A stretch of DNA of 64,000 nt from Patescibacteria group bacterium (GTDB lineage: Bacteria; Patescibacteriota; CPR2; UBA1875). The notes under the pieces are model-generated. The model did not search any database and was not told where the DNA came from. It was given only the letters and a program-made list of their open reading frames with translations. Numbering within the stretch: the first letter of the stretch is position 1; the number at the start of each line of letters is the position of its first letter. The DNA is taken from positions 2,658 through 66,657 of the forward strand of contig JBGSRK010000011.1 of NCBI GenBank assembly GCA_041737595.1. The letters run 5' to 3'. Below are positions 48,631 to 57,966 of this stretch, one piece after another. A program made the position numbers and the translations under genes.

Positions 48631-49800
48631 GTGCTATTGTTTGCGAAAATACATTTAGTAATTATTAAACTCTTTCAAGGGGGAAGAATTATAAAAAAGA
48701 AAAAAGGTAAGAAACGATCTTCAAAAAGCTTAAATTCTAAAAGCTTATTAAAAAATCGTAAGCTTTTATTTGGTGCAGCAATTGTTCTCGCAATTGTTGT
48801 TGTTGCAGGTTTTGCTTCTTTTGCAGGTGGTGCTAAAACGATGGGTAAAGTTTATTCTTGGAAACAAGGGAAAGTAATAAATAATTATAAAACTGCAAAA
48901 ACATCACCAGGTGCAGATTATCAGTTTGTAATGTTTAATGGATCAGACTGGGGTAACGAATATTACGGAACTTATACAGAAAAAACTGAACCTGCTTTTG
49001 GCTCACGTGAGTTATTACCAGGTGATGAAGGACAAGATGTTTTGCTTTTAAATAGTGCACTTAAATATATCGGAGGGTTCCAAATTTATACTGGGTCAAG
49101 AACTGATATAACTCAAGCTTATAGAACGGTAAGTACATTATCATCTACGTCTTTTGCCTCTTTAGTCAACAGTTCAAAATTTGATGATAATACATCAGCT
49201 GCAATTAAGGCTATAAGTTATCCAAATCTTGATTCCAGTTATGGAACTTATTTGGATGACAATAAACTTGATTCTTATGAACTTGCTAGAATCCTAACAA
49301 TTGCCACTAGTCACTGGGGAGCGCCAGTAGACAATAGTAGAATGGTCACATTCACTGTTGGCGGGAAATGTAAACCAATTTGTGCTGGTTTTATAAAACC
49401 AGATACAGCTAAATATACAAAGAAAAAAACTACTTACTATGGTCAAACCTCATTTAGAAAAAGTGGGGAAGCTCTCATGAAAGCATATCCAGCTGTGAGT
49501 TTTGCAGTCAATAAGGAAATGTTAAATGATGACTCAACAAAAGCTGGGAAATCTTTTGTTCTTAGCTCTTTGAAAGGTAATTATGCAAAAACAGTTCAAA
49601 GCATGTTGAATTTAGCTATTAAATGGGGTCATATAACTGCCTTTAAAACAGACTTTAACACTAATGGTGTTTGGGATGCAAAATCTCAAACAGCACTTAA
49701 ATCATTCGAAAAATTCTATGGTCTTACTCAAGACGGAAAATGGGATTCTCGAATAGAATATCATGTAATTCAAGAGCTTGGCTGGGCTCTTTACGAATAA
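48631..49800 (+). CDS. membrane-anchored protein with two putative peptidoglycan-binding (PG_binding_1-like) domains
   Basis: TM LLFGAAIVLAIVVVAGF, GDEGQDVLLLNSALKYIG and a second similar domain near the C-terminus. The start is ambiguous: GTG at 48631 has no Shine-Dalgarno, while AAGGGGGAAG Shine-Dalgarno is followed by in-frame ATT at 48688 and ATA at 48691. Confidence 0.5.
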   Translation: MLLFAKIHLVIIKLFQGGRIIKKKKGKKRSSKSLNSKSLLKNRKLLFGAAIVLAIVVVAGFASFAGGAKTMGKVYSWKQGKVINNYKTAKTSPGADYQFVMFNGSDWGNEYYGTYTEKTEPAFGSRELLPGDEGQDVLLLNSALKYIGGFQIYTGSRTDITQAYRTVSTLSSTSFASLVNSSKFDDNTSAAIKAISYPNLDSSYGTYLDDNKLDSYELARILTIATSHWGAPVDNSRMVTFTVGGKCKPICAGFIKPDTAKYTKKKTTYYGQTSFRKSGEALMKAYPAVSFAVNKEMLNDDSTKAGKSFVLSSLKGNYAKTVQSMLNLAIKWGHITAFKTDFNTNGVWDAKSQTALKSFEKFYGLTQDGKWDSRIEYHVIQELGWALYE

Positions 49801-49806
49801 GGGGGA

Positions 49807-51138
49807 ATGATGAAAATAAAAAATAAATTTATATTGGCGATAATAACTGTTCTGGTAATTACTTCATTTGCAGTTGCTATAAAACCAAATACAGCAAGTG
49901 CAGCATCTTGTAAAGTAACAAATGATATGAAAGTAAGATATATTAAAGGCGGATTTTATAATTATGCTAATGCATGGGAGGTCCACCCTTTAACGTGGGG
50001 ATATTACCATTTGTTTAAATATAATAATAAGGGTTGTGGAACTTGGGGATATTCTTATTATAATGTAAGAAGACCAAATGCAGCAGAAAAAAAGACACTC
50101 TTGACTAATAAATATGGTTCTAATATTGGCACAAAGGTAAATGACAATAAATATAAAAAAACTGATTATAATAGTTGCAGAGTTTCAGGAGGTAAAAAAC
50201 AGCACCAGATAACAAATTATATGTATTCTAACAATGGGTTATCAAAACAAGATTCAATTTGGGAAAGTTATGCTAATGCTACCTCAGCAGAGATAAGTGC
50301 TAAAAAATGTAATGCTACTAACTCTCCAGTTGTTAACCCTGATTCTCAATTAAAAATATATAGTTATATTAAAAGTAAATTTAGCGGTTCAGCAAAGACA
50401 ACCACAAATAGTGCAACATTTTCTTATTCTGCATTAAATTCATATGGTGGTTATACTCTAAAAAGTATTACCGTCCAAACTAAAGGTGCCCCAGCAGGTT
50501 ATACTAATGTTGTAGGACCTAAACCAAGTGGTTCAAAAACAATATCGGGTCTTAATAAAAATGCCTCATACCAAACATTTGTTGTTGCATCTTATAGTAA
50601 TGGTAAAGATCCAGCATATACTCCAAAACTTATTTTTAATTATAAAACAAGTAGTGGTAGCTATAACGGTAGCCCTAGTTCTGATAATAATGGTTCTACT
50701 CAACCAACGGTTACTAATAAATATAAACCTACTGTAACTGCCGGGTCTAATAAAACCACATATAAACTTGGTGAAACTGTTGTAATTTCTGCTAAGGGTG
50801 TTGATGCAGATGGGGATAAAGTTAAAATCAGATTACACGTTAAAAAACCAGATGGTAAAACTATCACTTCTGGTTGGAGTGCATTTATGAAAAGTGGTTA
50901 TACGTGGAAAACAGGTACTGGTGGATTTTATTTGACAGATAAGTCAATACTTGGGGGGAAATGGAGTACTATTCCTACTGGTAAATACACTATAACTGTT
51001 GAAATTGCTGATCAACCAGGTATTACTAGAATGGGTAAAGCTTTTTCATTCACGGTAAGTAAAACAGCAACAGCAACGCCTTTGAAGGCATTCCATAAAT
51101 TACTTCTCAAAGATTACCGACTACCAACTGTTTATTAG
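49807..51138 (+). CDS. secreted Cys-containing protein with a C-terminal Ig-like domain (uncharacterised)
   Basis: Signal peptide with AxA site (SAAS) and AGGAGG-like Shine-Dalgarno (AAGGGGGAATG). Confidence 0.5.
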   Translation: MMKIKNKFILAIITVLVITSFAVAIKPNTASAASCKVTNDMKVRYIKGGFYNYANAWEVHPLTWGYYHLFKYNNKGCGTWGYSYYNVRRPNAAEKKTLLTNKYGSNIGTKVNDNKYKKTDYNSCRVSGGKKQHQITNYMYSNNGLSKQDSIWESYANATSAEISAKKCNATNSPVVNPDSQLKIYSYIKSKFSGSAKTTTNSATFSYSALNSYGGYTLKSITVQTKGAPAGYTNVVGPKPSGSKTISGLNKNASYQTFVVASYSNGKDPAYTPKLIFNYKTSSGSYNGSPSSDNNGSTQPTVTNKYKPTVTAGSNKTTYKLGETVVISAKGVDADGDKVKIRLHVKKPDGKTITSGWSAFMKSGYTWKTGTGGFYLTDKSILGGKWSTIPTGKYTITVEIADQPGITRMGKAFSFTVSKTATATPLKAFHKLLLKDYRLPTVY

Positions 51139-51193
51139 AGGAATTAACTATTAAAGAGGCGCCAAGAGGCGTCTCTTTTGGTATAATTAGTTT

Positions 51194-51706
51194 ATGCGTG
51201 ACGATAAATGGTTATTTTCAAAATTAGATGAAGTTTGGGATAAATATTTTTCTGATCTTTCTCAGGATAATGACGTTCAAATAGTTTGGGGGAGAAAAGC
51301 AAAAACTCGTTTGGGTTCAATTAAACAAGAATTAAGTAAAAATTTAATTCTAAATTCAAAATTAAAAAATAATATTAAAAATATAAATCAAAAAATTCAT
51401 CCTGGTACTGTAATAACAATAAACTCACTTTTTAAAGATAAAAATATCCCAGAATTTGTTATTCTTGCCACAATTGCCCATGAACTTGCTCATTATGCTC
51501 ATGGTTTTCATTCTCCGATTGAACAAAAATATGCTACTCCTCATGCTGGTGGTATTATTCATAAGGAATTGAAAGAAAGAGGAATAGGAAACCTAGAGAA
51601 AAGACAGAAAAAATGGCTTAAAGAAAACTGGCGTAATTATATTTTAGAAAATTTACCTCAAAAACCAATTAATAGAAAAAGAAGATTTGTAATTAAATGG
51701 TTTTAA
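51194..51706 (+). CDS. SprT-like / DUF45-type HExxH zinc metallopeptidase-domain protein
   Basis: VQIVWGRKAKTRLGS...VILATIAHELAHYAH. Confidence 0.5.
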   Translation: MRDDKWLFSKLDEVWDKYFSDLSQDNDVQIVWGRKAKTRLGSIKQELSKNLILNSKLKNNIKNINQKIHPGTVITINSLFKDKNIPEFVILATIAHELAHYAHGFHSPIEQKYATPHAGGIIHKELKERGIGNLEKRQKKWLKENWRNYILENLPQKPINRKRRFVIKWF

Positions 51707-51730
51707 TTTTTTCTAGAGTTTAGTTTTTTA

Positions 51731-51890
51731 GATCCTTCACATTCGTTCAGGATGACAGCCATTTCTACAAAGGATGACAGCCACCTTGTCATTCTGAGTG
51801 GAACGAAGAATCTGGATGATAGATCCTTCACATTCGTTCAGGACGACAACTACCTTGTTTAGAATGACAATTACTTCTGCTAGAAATACC
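51731..51890. repeat. palindromic repeat modules (family 1) upstream of the GIY-YIG gene
   Basis: B gatccttcacattcgttcaggatgaca at 51731-51757, A ttgtcattctgagtggaacgaagaatct at 51786-51813, B at 51823-51848, plus ttgtttagaatgacaa. About 118 bp is near-identical to 52261-52378. Confidence 0.85.
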
Positions 51891-51951
51891 AACTTTTATT
51901 GTCATTTTTAGCACGGTCGAATAATCTAAAAGCTTATGTTAAAATATAATT

Positions 51952-52236
51952 GTGAAAACATATTATGTATATATTTTAACGAACTACACAAATAAGGTTT
52001 TATATATTGGTGTAACAAATAATTTAATAAGACGAATATATGAACATAAAAATAAGATAATTGACGGTTTTACAAAAAAATATAACATCAATAAATTGGT
52101 TTATTATGAGGTATTCAATAGAGCTAATGACGCAATAGTAGCTGAAAAGAAGCTTAAAGGATGGCTACGGGAAAAGAAAATAGAGTTAATAGTTTCAATG
52201 AACCCAGAATGGGAGGACCTTTCCTTGTCATTCTGA
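51952..52236 (+). CDS. stand-alone GIY-YIG nuclease-family protein (about 94 aa)
   Basis: YVYILTN...KVLYIGVTNNLIRRIYEHKN matches GIY...YIG with the conserved Arg/Glu/Asn. GTG start. The last five codons and the TGA stop lie inside repeat module A. Confidence 0.75.
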   Translation: MKTYYVYILTNYTNKVLYIGVTNNLIRRIYEHKNKIIDGFTKKYNINKLVYYEVFNRANDAIVAEKKLKGWLREKKIELIVSMNPEWEDLSLSF

Positions 52237-52413
52237 GTGGAACGAAGAATCTGGATGATAGATCCTTCACATTCGTTCAGGACGACAGCCATTTCTGCAA
52301 AGGATGACAGCCACCTTGTCATTCTGAGTGGAACAAAGAATCTGGATGATAGATCCTTCACATTCGTTCAGGATGACAACTACTTCTGTCATTCTGAGCA
52401 AAACGAAGAATCT
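52225..52413. repeat. palindromic repeat modules (family 1) downstream of the GIY-YIG gene
   Basis: A at 52225-52251, B at 52261-52287, A at 52316-52343, B at 52352-52378 and A-variant tgtcattctgagcaaaacgaagaatct at 52387-52413. Confidence 0.85.
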
Positions 52414-52939
52414 ATTTAAGTGTTTCTTTTAGATAAACCTCATTATTTTTTTTGAGTATTTTTATAGCTTCTTTTTTATGGGCCCACCCCGTTATAACAA
52501 CGTGTTTTTCTTCTAGGGCTTTATATTCTTCAAAAAAGTGAGCAATTTCTTTTCTTGTGTGTGATCTAATATCTTTTAGATTCTTTATTGCATCATATCT
52601 TGGGTTATGAGCCGGAACTGCTACAATTTTATTATCTATTTCACCACCATCTTCCATAAACATAATCCCAATTGGACGAACAGTAATAACACACCCAGGG
52701 AAAACTGGATAGCTTGTGAGTACAATAACATCCGTGTGGTCGCCATCTTCTGCTCTTGTTTCTGGGATAAACCCATAATCTACAGGATAATGGAGGGAAG
52801 AATGAAGAGTTCTATCAAGCTTCATTACATCTAATTCTTCATCATATTCATATTTATTATCGGAATCTTTAGGTATTTCTATTACAGCGTTAAACTCATT
52901 TGGAAATTTTTTACCGATTGGTAGTTTTTTAATGCTCAA
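52412..52939 (-). CDS. ppa: inorganic pyrophosphatase (family I)
   Basis: VIEIPKDSDNKYEYDE...HYPVDYGFIPETRAEDGDHTDVIV. AGGAGGCTTCTTG Shine-Dalgarno. Confidence 0.9.
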   Translation of the reverse strand: MSIKKLPIGKKFPNEFNAVIEIPKDSDNKYEYDEELDVMKLDRTLHSSLHYPVDYGFIPETRAEDGDHTDVIVLTSYPVFPGCVITVRPIGIMFMEDGGEIDNKIVAVPAHNPRYDAIKNLKDIRSHTRKEIAHFFEEYKALEEKHVVITGWAHKKEAIKILKKNNEVYLKETLK

Positions 52940-53060
52940 GAAGCCTCCTTATTTAATAACTTAAATAGTATAATTGAAAGCAGAAGTATTGTAAATGATT
53001 CAAAAAGCACCTTTAAACTTATTTTAAGATTGTTATAATAGATATATCAAGGAGGGGACA

Positions 53061-53426
53061 ATAGTTTTTATCAATTTTGTAATCTGGTGGTACTCAAAAG
53101 GAATTTCAGAGTTAATTTCTTTTTTAGGAAACCTTTTTTTATATATAAGTAATTACTTTTCTATTAAAGAGATTCTTTTAAGTTTTTTTTCTCCCTGGAA
53201 AAGGTTTGTTGCAGAAAGAAGACCTGGACTTGATGGACTTCGTGACTGGATACTTGATAATATAATTTCAAGGTTAGTCGGGATGATAATGAGAATATTT
53301 ATTATTATTATCTATATTTTTACTATAATTTTGTATATTACTTTTTCTATTACTTCTTTTTTCTTTTGGGTTTTTATGCCATTTTTATTATTTTATTCTA
53401 TCTACCTAATATTTAGAGGTCTGTAA
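53061..53426 (+). CDS. small polytopic membrane protein with no canonical start codon (tentative)
   Basis: Open frame from 53028 to TAA at 53424-53426, overlapping the next ATG. It is hydrophobic, and AAGGAGGGG Shine-Dalgarno sits 5 nt before ATA at 53061. The first ATG is at about codon 70. Confidence 0.3.
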   Translation: MVFINFVIWWYSKGISELISFLGNLFLYISNYFSIKEILLSFFSPWKRFVAERRPGLDGLRDWILDNIISRLVGMIMRIFIIIIYIFTIILYITFSITSFFFWVFMPFLLFYSIYLIFRGL

Positions 53427-55927
53427 TGGAATCATTAAGTAAAATTATGTTTAATAGAAACAAACAAACTGAAAGTGCTTCTTTGTTTTACCTAATACTT
53501 TCAAAAAAAATTGTAAGATCTATTACTATTTTAACAATTTGGGTTAATTTTTTTACATTATTATTAAAATACTTGTTAGCACTTCTTGAATATAATTATT
53601 TTTTAATAGATTTAATGTCACGTTTTAGTCCAATTATCTTATTAATTGGTTTTATATATTTTATTTTTATTCATTTCTTATCGTCATTTGAAAATAAATT
53701 AGAAATTCCAGATAACCAAGAAACATACGATATTTTAAAATATCTTGATTTTGAATCTATTAAGATAATGTCATCAGTTGGGACTTCAAATATTGACATT
53801 AGTTTATTATTTAATAATATTTTTAGAACAAGAATTATAGGTTTCGTAGCGAAAGAATTAGAACTGAATACAAATCAAATAGATATAATTGTAAAAGGTA
53901 TGCCTCAAAGTCTTACGGGGTCTCAATTGGCTTGCCTTATCTTTGATGAAGCACTAAAAATTGCAATTTCATCTAAATCTAAAATAATTACTTCCGCTGA
54001 TATTTTTTGGGGGTTTATAAAAACATCGAAAAATTTTAATGAATTTTTATCTACACTTGAACTTGAAGAAAAAGATATTAAAAATGTAATATATTTCGCT
54101 GATGTTTGTTTTTTAGATAATAAAAAAGGACTTACGGAAAAAATAAAAGTAAGAAAACCTGGTATTGCAGAAGATTGGGCATCAGGTTATACATTAAATT
54201 TAAATAGATTTTCTAGTGATATATCTTCTTCTGGAAGTAATAATTCTGAATCATTAGGAGGAAGAGACGATCTAATTTCTGAAATGGAAAGTGTTTTAAC
54301 AAAAGGTTCAAAAAATAATTGTATAATAGTTGGTCCTACAGGAGTTGGTAAAAGCACTCTCGTAAGAGTGCTTGCAAAAAAAATATATTGGGGGGAATCT
54401 GTTGATTCTCTTAATCACAAAAGGGTCGTCAAAATAGACTCAGGTGCTTTGATCTCTGCATCTAAAAATTCTGCTGAATTAGAATATTTAATCAGAAGTG
54501 TTTTTTCTGATGCAATTACAGCTGGGAATATTATCCTTTTTATTGATGATATACATGTTCTTTTTTCAGGTGGTTCCAAAAAGGGGACAATTGATGCATC
54601 AGAAATCATTATGCCATTTTTAGAAAGTTCGGAACTGAAAATTATCGGAGTTACTACAGATGAATATTATGAAACATATATATCCTCAAAAACAAATATT
54701 TCAGGTAATTTTGAAAAAATTGAAATGGAACCAACCGACGAAACAGAAACTATGAAAATTCTTGCGGATGTTAGTATGTACTATTCATTTAAATATAAGG
54801 TTCCAATTGCTTATAGTGGTCTAAAAACTTTATATACTTTTTCAGAAAGTTTGAATAATGATAAAGAGTTACCTGCAAAAGCAATTGATCTTTTAGAAGA
54901 AACTTGTTCTTATGCTAGAAATTCAAAAGTGAAAGCATTAGATAAAAGAACAATTTCACCTATTTTAGAAAAAATAACAAAACTACCAGTAGCAGAAGCT
55001 GGTGAAAGCGAAAAAGTTTTATTAAAAGATATTGATAACAAAATTTCCACTAAAGTTATAGGTCAAAAAGAGGCAGTGCGTGCTGTTTCTGATGCGCTTA
55101 AAATAGCAAGAACTGGAGCAGATAGTACAAGAAAAAAACCTATTGGTAGTTTTTTATTTTTAGGCCCTACAGGGGTTGGGAAAACTGAACTTACAAAAGC
55201 ACTTGCTTGGGCATATTTTGGGAATGAAGATTCTATGGTTAGAATGGACATGAGTGAATACCAATCACCAGGTTCTATAGAAAGATTTACAGGTAAAAAA
55301 ATTTCTGGGAAAGAAGAACTTGAAGGTGGTGATTTTGCTAAAAAAATAAGAAACAATCCATTTTCTGTTGTTCTATTGGATGAACTTGAAAAAGCTGAGC
55401 CTAAAATATTAGATCTTTTTTTACAAATACTAGATGAGGGATATTTTACTGATGGTATGGGTAAAAAAATAAATATGAAAAATACTATCATTATTGCTAC
55501 CTCAAATGCAGGTGCAAATGTAATACGTGAAAAATTAATTTCTGGTGTAGAAATTTCTGGCTTAAAGGAAGATGTCCTAGAATATATTCAAAAGAATAAT
55601 ATCTATCGCCCAGAATTTATTAATCGATTTGATGGTGTAATACTATTTTCACCACTTTCTAAAAATGATATTACTGAAATTGCAAAATTGACTCTAAACA
55701 ATTTACTTAAATCATACCAAGATAAAGGATATCTGATTAGTATTGAAGAGGGAGCACTTTCAAAAATGGCGGAAGAAGGCTATAACCCAGAATATGGGGC
55801 AAGACCAATGAATAGAGTTTTTAAAGACAGATTCGAAAAACATATAGCTGACCTAATCTTAAATGATAAAATAAATAAGGGCGAAATGTATAATGTAACT
55901 CAAGTTGAACTATATAATGAGGTTTAA
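53426..55927 (+). CDS. Clp/Hsp100-family AAA+ ATPase (ClpA/ClpC-like, two nucleotide-binding domains) with an unusual hydrophobic N-terminal extension
   Basis: D1 has IIVGPTGVGKSTL and IDDIH. D2 has LFLGPTGVGKTELTKALA, VVLLDELEKAEPKILDLFLQILDEGYFTD, sensor ATSNAG and RPEFINRFDGVILFSPL. Clp_N-like repeats occur around aa 110-200, and predicted TM helices in aa 30-80. Confidence 0.75.
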   Translation: MESLSKIMFNRNKQTESASLFYLILSKKIVRSITILTIWVNFFTLLLKYLLALLEYNYFLIDLMSRFSPIILLIGFIYFIFIHFLSSFENKLEIPDNQETYDILKYLDFESIKIMSSVGTSNIDISLLFNNIFRTRIIGFVAKELELNTNQIDIIVKGMPQSLTGSQLACLIFDEALKIAISSKSKIITSADIFWGFIKTSKNFNEFLSTLELEEKDIKNVIYFADVCFLDNKKGLTEKIKVRKPGIAEDWASGYTLNLNRFSSDISSSGSNNSESLGGRDDLISEMESVLTKGSKNNCIIVGPTGVGKSTLVRVLAKKIYWGESVDSLNHKRVVKIDSGALISASKNSAELEYLIRSVFSDAITAGNIILFIDDIHVLFSGGSKKGTIDASEIIMPFLESSELKIIGVTTDEYYETYISSKTNISGNFEKIEMEPTDETETMKILADVSMYYSFKYKVPIAYSGLKTLYTFSESLNNDKELPAKAIDLLEETCSYARNSKVKALDKRTISPILEKITKLPVAEAGESEKVLLKDIDNKISTKVIGQKEAVRAVSDALKIARTGADSTRKKPIGSFLFLGPTGVGKTELTKALAWAYFGNEDSMVRMDMSEYQSPGSIERFTGKKISGKEELEGGDFAKKIRNNPFSVVLLDELEKAEPKILDLFLQILDEGYFTDGMGKKINMKNTIIIATSNAGANVIREKLISGVEISGLKEDVLEYIQKNNIYRPEFINRFDGVILFSPLSKNDITEIAKLTLNNLLKSYQDKGYLISIEEGALSKMAEEGYNPEYGARPMNRVFKDRFEKHIADLILNDKINKGEMYNVTQVELYNEV

Positions 55928-56734
55928 ATGACTGAAGAAAAAAAAGATATAAAAAATATTTTTACTAAAAAAAATGTTTTGTATATAATCGCAGGAAGTT
56001 TAACTCTTATTATATTATTGATTTTAGGGTATGGTTTTTTGAGCGGTAAATCTATAAAAAATTATGCAGTTAATTCACAAAAGATGATTGATAATACAAA
56101 AGATTGGGATAACTTATTAGATAGTGAAGAAGATCTTTCATCTATGAAAAATAAAATAGAAATTATTAAAAATAATTCAGACCGATATGTAGTAGAACTA
56201 GGTGAAGGTAAAAAACAAAAAAAAATAAAACAATTAAACGATAATTTAATTGAATATTTTACTTTAGTTTCTAATGTTTCATCTGAAACATTAGATATAA
56301 TTGATTGGTCAATTGATATAGAAACAGCAACTAAAAACGCAAATGTTTTATCTACACTTGATTCTTCATCTACGGAAACAATTGTCGTTTCGCTTGAGTT
56401 GACTAAAAAAAATACGGAAAACACAATTTCTAAATTAAAAAAAATTAACCCACCGGCTAGTATAAAAACCTTTCATAATTCATTTATAAATACTCTTTCC
56501 GAAACGACATTAATATATCAAAAGCTGATTGATGCAATTAAAACAAATAATGTTGATGTTCTTACTTCTATTTCTTCAGAACTTTCATCTATTGAAATAG
56601 ATTTTGGAGATATCCCTTCTCCTGGTGAAACCATAGAATCAGAATTTAAAAGTGATATTGAAAAATCAAATAATCTAGAAAAAGACATTCAAACAGAAAT
56701 TGACCTATTAAAAAATACTATTTTTTCTTTTTAA
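55928..56734 (+). CDS. membrane-anchored hypothetical protein
   Basis: 268 aa with an N-terminal TM and a Ser/Asn-rich exported domain. ATGA overlap with the Clp gene. Confidence 0.45.
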   Translation: MTEEKKDIKNIFTKKNVLYIIAGSLTLIILLILGYGFLSGKSIKNYAVNSQKMIDNTKDWDNLLDSEEDLSSMKNKIEIIKNNSDRYVVELGEGKKQKKIKQLNDNLIEYFTLVSNVSSETLDIIDWSIDIETATKNANVLSTLDSSSTETIVVSLELTKKNTENTISKLKKINPPASIKTFHNSFINTLSETTLIYQKLIDAIKTNNVDVLTSISSELSSIEIDFGDIPSPGETIESEFKSDIEKSNNLEKDIQTEIDLLKNTIFSF

Positions 56735-56737
56735 ACC

Positions 56738-56878
56738 GAGACCGTTAAAAAAATCTCCGAAAAGTCATTGCGAGGAGTATTTTTAGTAAAATACGACGTG
56801 GCAATCTAACCCTTAAGCATGAAAGAGATTGCTTCGCAGGCTCGCAATGACGTTAGAAAAACTTTTTTCAATAGTCTT
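56738..56878. mobile_element. second, degenerate copy of the MITE-like element (family 2), inverted relative to 37855-38003
   Basis: gagaccgttaaaaaaatctccgaaaagtcattgcgagg ... cgacgtggcaatctaaccc ... gcaggctcgcaatgacgttagaaaaacttttttcaatagtctt. Its arms align to the reverse complement of the 37855-38003 arms, and cacgacgtggcaatctaacccc is shared. Confidence 0.65.
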
Positions 56879-56927
56879 AAACTAATTGTCTACTTGAAAT
56901 ATTATGCTGATGATATAATCTATTTCT

Positions 56928-57962
56928 ATGGAACAAAATTCAATTTATTTACTTATTTCCGTTATCGTTATCGGGTTTGCTGTGATAATTGTTTTTATAA
57001 ATAAAAAATTATCAGATATTTCTTCGGGTAAATCCGAGACTAATACCGATTTTTTTAAGGATCTTTCAGAAAGGCTAGATAGAGGTCTTACTGAACAACG
57101 CCAATCAAGTGAACGAATAATCCAAAATGTTACGGAAAAACTGAAAGATTTAGAATCAACTAACAAACAAGTAGTTGGGATTGCAGATCAACTCCAAGGG
57201 CTTGAAAATGTACTTAAAAATCCTAAACAAAGAGGTATTTTAGGCGAATACTATCTTGAAACACTTCTTAAAAATTTATTCCAGCCAAACCAATATCAAT
57301 TACAATATAAATTTAAAGATGGCACTATTGCTGATTCTGTTTTATTTGTTAAAGATAAGAAAGAACCGCAGTCTATAATTCCAATAGATTCTAAATTCTC
57401 TTTAGAAAATTATAATAAGCTCGTAGTTGAAAAAAATGAAACAAGACGTGCCGAGCTAGAAAAAATATTTAAACAAGATTTAAAAAATAGAATAGACGAA
57501 ACAGCCAAGTATATTAAACCGAATGAAAATACTATGGATTTTGCATTTATGTTTATTCCATCCGAAGGGATTTATTATGACCTTTTAGTTAGTCAAGTTG
57601 GGGCTGTTAAGGTTAATACAAGGGATCTAATCGAATATGCTTTTAAAGAGAAGAAAGTTATAATAGTTTCTCCAACCTCGTTTGCAGCATATCTTCAGAC
57701 CGTTTTACAGGGTCTTAAAGCGCTTTCTATAGAGAAGTCTGTAAAAGAGATCATTCAAAATGTTCAGAAGCTAGGAACCCATCTGAATGCCTATGAAGAC
57801 CATATGAAAAAAGTTGGTGCTCATCTTTCAACAACGGTTAATGCTTATAACACAGCTGATAAAGAGTTGGGTAAAATTGATAAAGATGTAGTTAAAATTA
57901 CTGGCGGGAATGCTCAAATAGGGCATGAAATATCAGAGATTGATAAACCTCATACGGATTAA
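56928..57962 (+). CDS. rmuC: DNA recombination protein RmuC
   Basis: N-terminal TM, long coiled coil and the C-terminal RmuC nuclease-like core (IADSVLFVKD...IPIDSKFSLE...DFAFMFIPSEGIYYDL). Confidence 0.8.
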   Translation: MEQNSIYLLISVIVIGFAVIIVFINKKLSDISSGKSETNTDFFKDLSERLDRGLTEQRQSSERIIQNVTEKLKDLESTNKQVVGIADQLQGLENVLKNPKQRGILGEYYLETLLKNLFQPNQYQLQYKFKDGTIADSVLFVKDKKEPQSIIPIDSKFSLENYNKLVVEKNETRRAELEKIFKQDLKNRIDETAKYIKPNENTMDFAFMFIPSEGIYYDLLVSQVGAVKVNTRDLIEYAFKEKKVIIVSPTSFAAYLQTVLQGLKALSIEKSVKEIIQNVQKLGTHLNAYEDHMKKVGAHLSTTVNAYNTADKELGKIDKDVVKITGGNAQIGHEISEIDKPHTD

Positions 57963-57966
57963 TAAT

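Noticed and set aside
52104-52419. Small ORFs (60-85 aa) reading through the repeat modules (translations such as VILSGTKNLDDRSFTFVQDD)
   Set aside because: They are produced by translating the palindromic repeat modules and have no coding signal. Only the GIY-YIG ORF on the + strand is protein-like.
55063-55491. 142-aa minus-strand ORF inside the Clp ATPase gene
   Set aside because: It is antisense to conserved AAA+ motifs.
56819-57004. 61-aa ORF spanning the MITE-like copy and the rmuC start
   Set aside because: It is a translation of repeat DNA that overlaps the well-supported rmuC start.
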